From Pelomonas sp. Root1237 (GTDB lineage Bacteria > Pseudomonadota > Gammaproteobacteria > Burkholderiales > Burkholderiaceae_C), in assembly GCF_001425055.1 (NCBI RefSeq), contig NZ_LMDK01000012.1:335337-399336 (forward strand): DNA of 64,000 bases. Direction: 5' to 3'. Both the position numbers and the translations under genes were made by a program. Positions 62,495-64,000 of the stretch are shown piece by piece. A model generated the notes under the pieces. That model saw only the letters and a program-made list of their open reading frames with translations, had not been told where the DNA came from and made no database searches. Within the stretch, counting starts at the first letter, position 1. Each line of letters starts with the position of its first letter.

Positions 62495-63856
62495 ATGAAC
62501 ACGCCTCGCCATGCGCCGCTGTTGATCGTCGAAGACGATCTGGCCCTGCAGAAGCAGCTCAAGTGGTCGCTGGACCGCTTCGAATCGGTCACGGCCGATG
62601 ACGTCCCCAGCGCGGTGCTGCAGTTCCGCCGTCACAACCCGGCGGTGGTCACGATGGATCTCGGCCTGCCGCCCGATCGGGACTCGGTGTCCGAGGGCTT
62701 CAGATGCCTGGAGAAGCTGCTGGAGCTCGACCCCGGCGTGAAGGTCATCGTGCTGACCGGACAGAACGACCAAGGCAACGCGCTGCGCGCCATCCGCATG
62801 GGTGCCTACGACTTCCTCGCCAAGCCCGTTGATCCCGACGTGCTCAGCCTGACCGTCGAGCGCGCCTACCGGCTCTATGAGCTGCAGCAGGAGAACCGCC
62901 GCCTGCAGACGCAGCAAAGCAGCGACGTCTTCTCGGGCCTCATCACGCGCGACCCCGGCATGCAGCGCGTCTGCCGCATGATCGAGAAGGTGGCCCCCAG
63001 CGACGCCACCGTGCTGCTGCTTGGCGAAAGCGGCACCGGCAAGGAAGTGCTCGCCCAGGGCCTGCATGACGCCTCCAAGCGCAAGGGCCGCTTCGTCGCC
63101 ATCAACTGTGCGGCCATCCCCGAGACGCTGCTGGAGAGCGAACTCTTCGGCTACGAGAAGGGGGCCTTCACCGGCGCCAACAAGTCGACGCTGGGCAAGA
63201 TCGAGACCGCCAACGGCGGCACGCTGATGCTCGACGAGATCGGCGACCTGCCCATGCCCTTGCAGGCCAAGCTGCTGCGCTTCCTGCAGGAGCGGGTCAT
63301 CGAGCGTGTCGGCGGCCGCCAGGAGATTCCGATCGACGTGCGCGTCGTCGGCGCGACCCACCAGGATCTCAAGGCCCGGATCGTCGACGGTCGCTTTCGT
63401 GAAGACCTGTACTACCGCCTGGCAGAGATCGTCGTCGAGATACCGCCGCTGCGTGACCGTGTGGGCGACCCGGTGCTGCTTTCGCATGCCTTTGCGCGAC
63501 GCTTCGCGACCGAAATGCGCCGCCCGGTACCCACACTGGCCGACGATGCCGTGCGAGCGCTGGAAGCGCATCGCTGGCCGGGCAATGTGCGCGAACTGCA
63601 GAACATGCTCAAGCGTGCCGTCATCATGGCCGAGGAGGACCGCATCGCGGCGGTGGACCTCGGTCTGCGGCCGGCGTCGGCACCGGCCGATGACAACGTG
63701 ACGCTGGACCTGCGCACCGTGCGCGAAAACGCCGAACGCCAGGCCCTCATCACGGCGCTCGCCCGCACCGATGGCAACATCGTCCGTGCGTCCGAACTGT
63801 TAGGCATCAGCCGCCCAACCCTCTACGACATGATGAACCGGTTGCAGATCAAATGA
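62495..63856 (+). CDS. prsR: PEP-CTERM-box sigma-54-dependent response regulator PrsR
   Basis: A receiver domain, an AAA+ sigma-54 activator domain (GESGTGKE, GAFTGA) and a Fis-type HTH. Confidence 0.85.
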   Translation: MNTPRHAPLLIVEDDLALQKQLKWSLDRFESVTADDVPSAVLQFRRHNPAVVTMDLGLPPDRDSVSEGFRCLEKLLELDPGVKVIVLTGQNDQGNALRAIRMGAYDFLAKPVDPDVLSLTVERAYRLYELQQENRRLQTQQSSDVFSGLITRDPGMQRVCRMIEKVAPSDATVLLLGESGTGKEVLAQGLHDASKRKGRFVAINCAAIPETLLESELFGYEKGAFTGANKSTLGKIETANGGTLMLDEIGDLPMPLQAKLLRFLQERVIERVGGRQEIPIDVRVVGATHQDLKARIVDGRFREDLYYRLAEIVVEIPPLRDRVGDPVLLSHAFARRFATEMRRPVPTLADDAVRALEAHRWPGNVRELQNMLKRAVIMAEEDRIAAVDLGLRPASAPADDNVTLDLRTVRENAERQALITALARTDGNIVRASELLGISRPTLYDMMNRLQIK

Positions 63857-64000
63857 ACAACAAGATGCATTCCACACCCGCGCGGTTCGCCGGTGCCGTG
63901 CTCGTGGCCTCGGTGCTGCTGACCGGTTGCTGGGGTCCGTCGGCGCCGCAGATGGTCGAGTCGGGCAAGGCCCGCATGCAGAAGGCTGAATACAAGGCGG
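63853..64000 (+). CDS. prsT: PEP-CTERM system TPR-repeat lipoprotein PrsT (5' part; continues beyond the window)
   Basis: The lipobox is ...LLTGC. ATGA overlap with prsR. Confidence 0.55.
   Translation, partial: MNNKMHSTPARFAGAVLVASVLLTGCWGPSAPQMVESGKARMQKAEYKA

Noticed and set aside
40951-62497. An identical 13-mer, cgaagggtgcacc, immediately upstream of the start codons of the plus-strand Mo subunit (40965) and of prsR (62495)
   Set aside because: It probably reflects a shared Shine-Dalgarno-like AAGGG context plus chance. Identical 13-mers are expected many times in 64 kb of biased-composition DNA. There is no flanking similarity.

Overview
This window is a high-GC (~68-70%) proteobacterial chromosome segment. 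Core genes (clpB, nadB, cysB, lptFG, pepA-holC, a livJ-like binding protein) and PEP-CTERM regulators (prsK/prsR/prsT) suggest a Betaproteobacteria/Burkholderiales organism; that taxonomic call is an inference. Density is about 60 genes with only short intergenic gaps. Many long ORFs in the six-frame track are antisense or out-of-frame GC shadows of the real genes and were discarded.

Layout, left to right:
- a partial zinc-ribbon protein and an SPFH-SHOCT protein
- moaE, crcB, clpB
- a GGDEF cyclase, a DUF2804-like protein, an AraC regulator and a divergent fatty-acid hydroxylase-family gene
- two tandem, translationally coupled S9 peptidase paralogs
- nadB
- a YjfB-like gene facing a compact operon of three unknown small proteins
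- a secreted glycoside-hydrolase-like protein
- a low-GC islet (membrane protein plus an SDR gene remnant) abutting tRNA-Arg(UCU)
- an OPT transporter, an arr rifampin ADP-ribosyltransferase with an apparent +1 frameshift, an MFS transporter and an AraC regulator
- an overlapping NAD-salvage operon (pncA-like, pncB, micro-ORF, nadM-Nudix)
- a FeeM-like acyltransferase
- a flotillin / truncated KdpD-like kinase / KdpE-like regulator / hydrolase operon
- two divergently arranged xanthine-oxidase-family molybdoenzyme operons

The standout is on the plus strand: a periplasmic Mo-hydroxylase operon translationally coupled to soxX, a SoxY-like carrier with a non-canonical AACVEP C-terminal arm, soxZ and soxA, with no soxB or soxCD in the window. 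It is followed by a GST, a phosphotransferase, a Crp regulator, a FimV-like protein, cysB-cbiX, lptGF, pepA-holC, livJ, and a long AT-richer leader in front of a PEP-CTERM sugar transferase-prsK-prsR-prsT cluster. No CRISPR array, rRNA, integrase or transposase was found.
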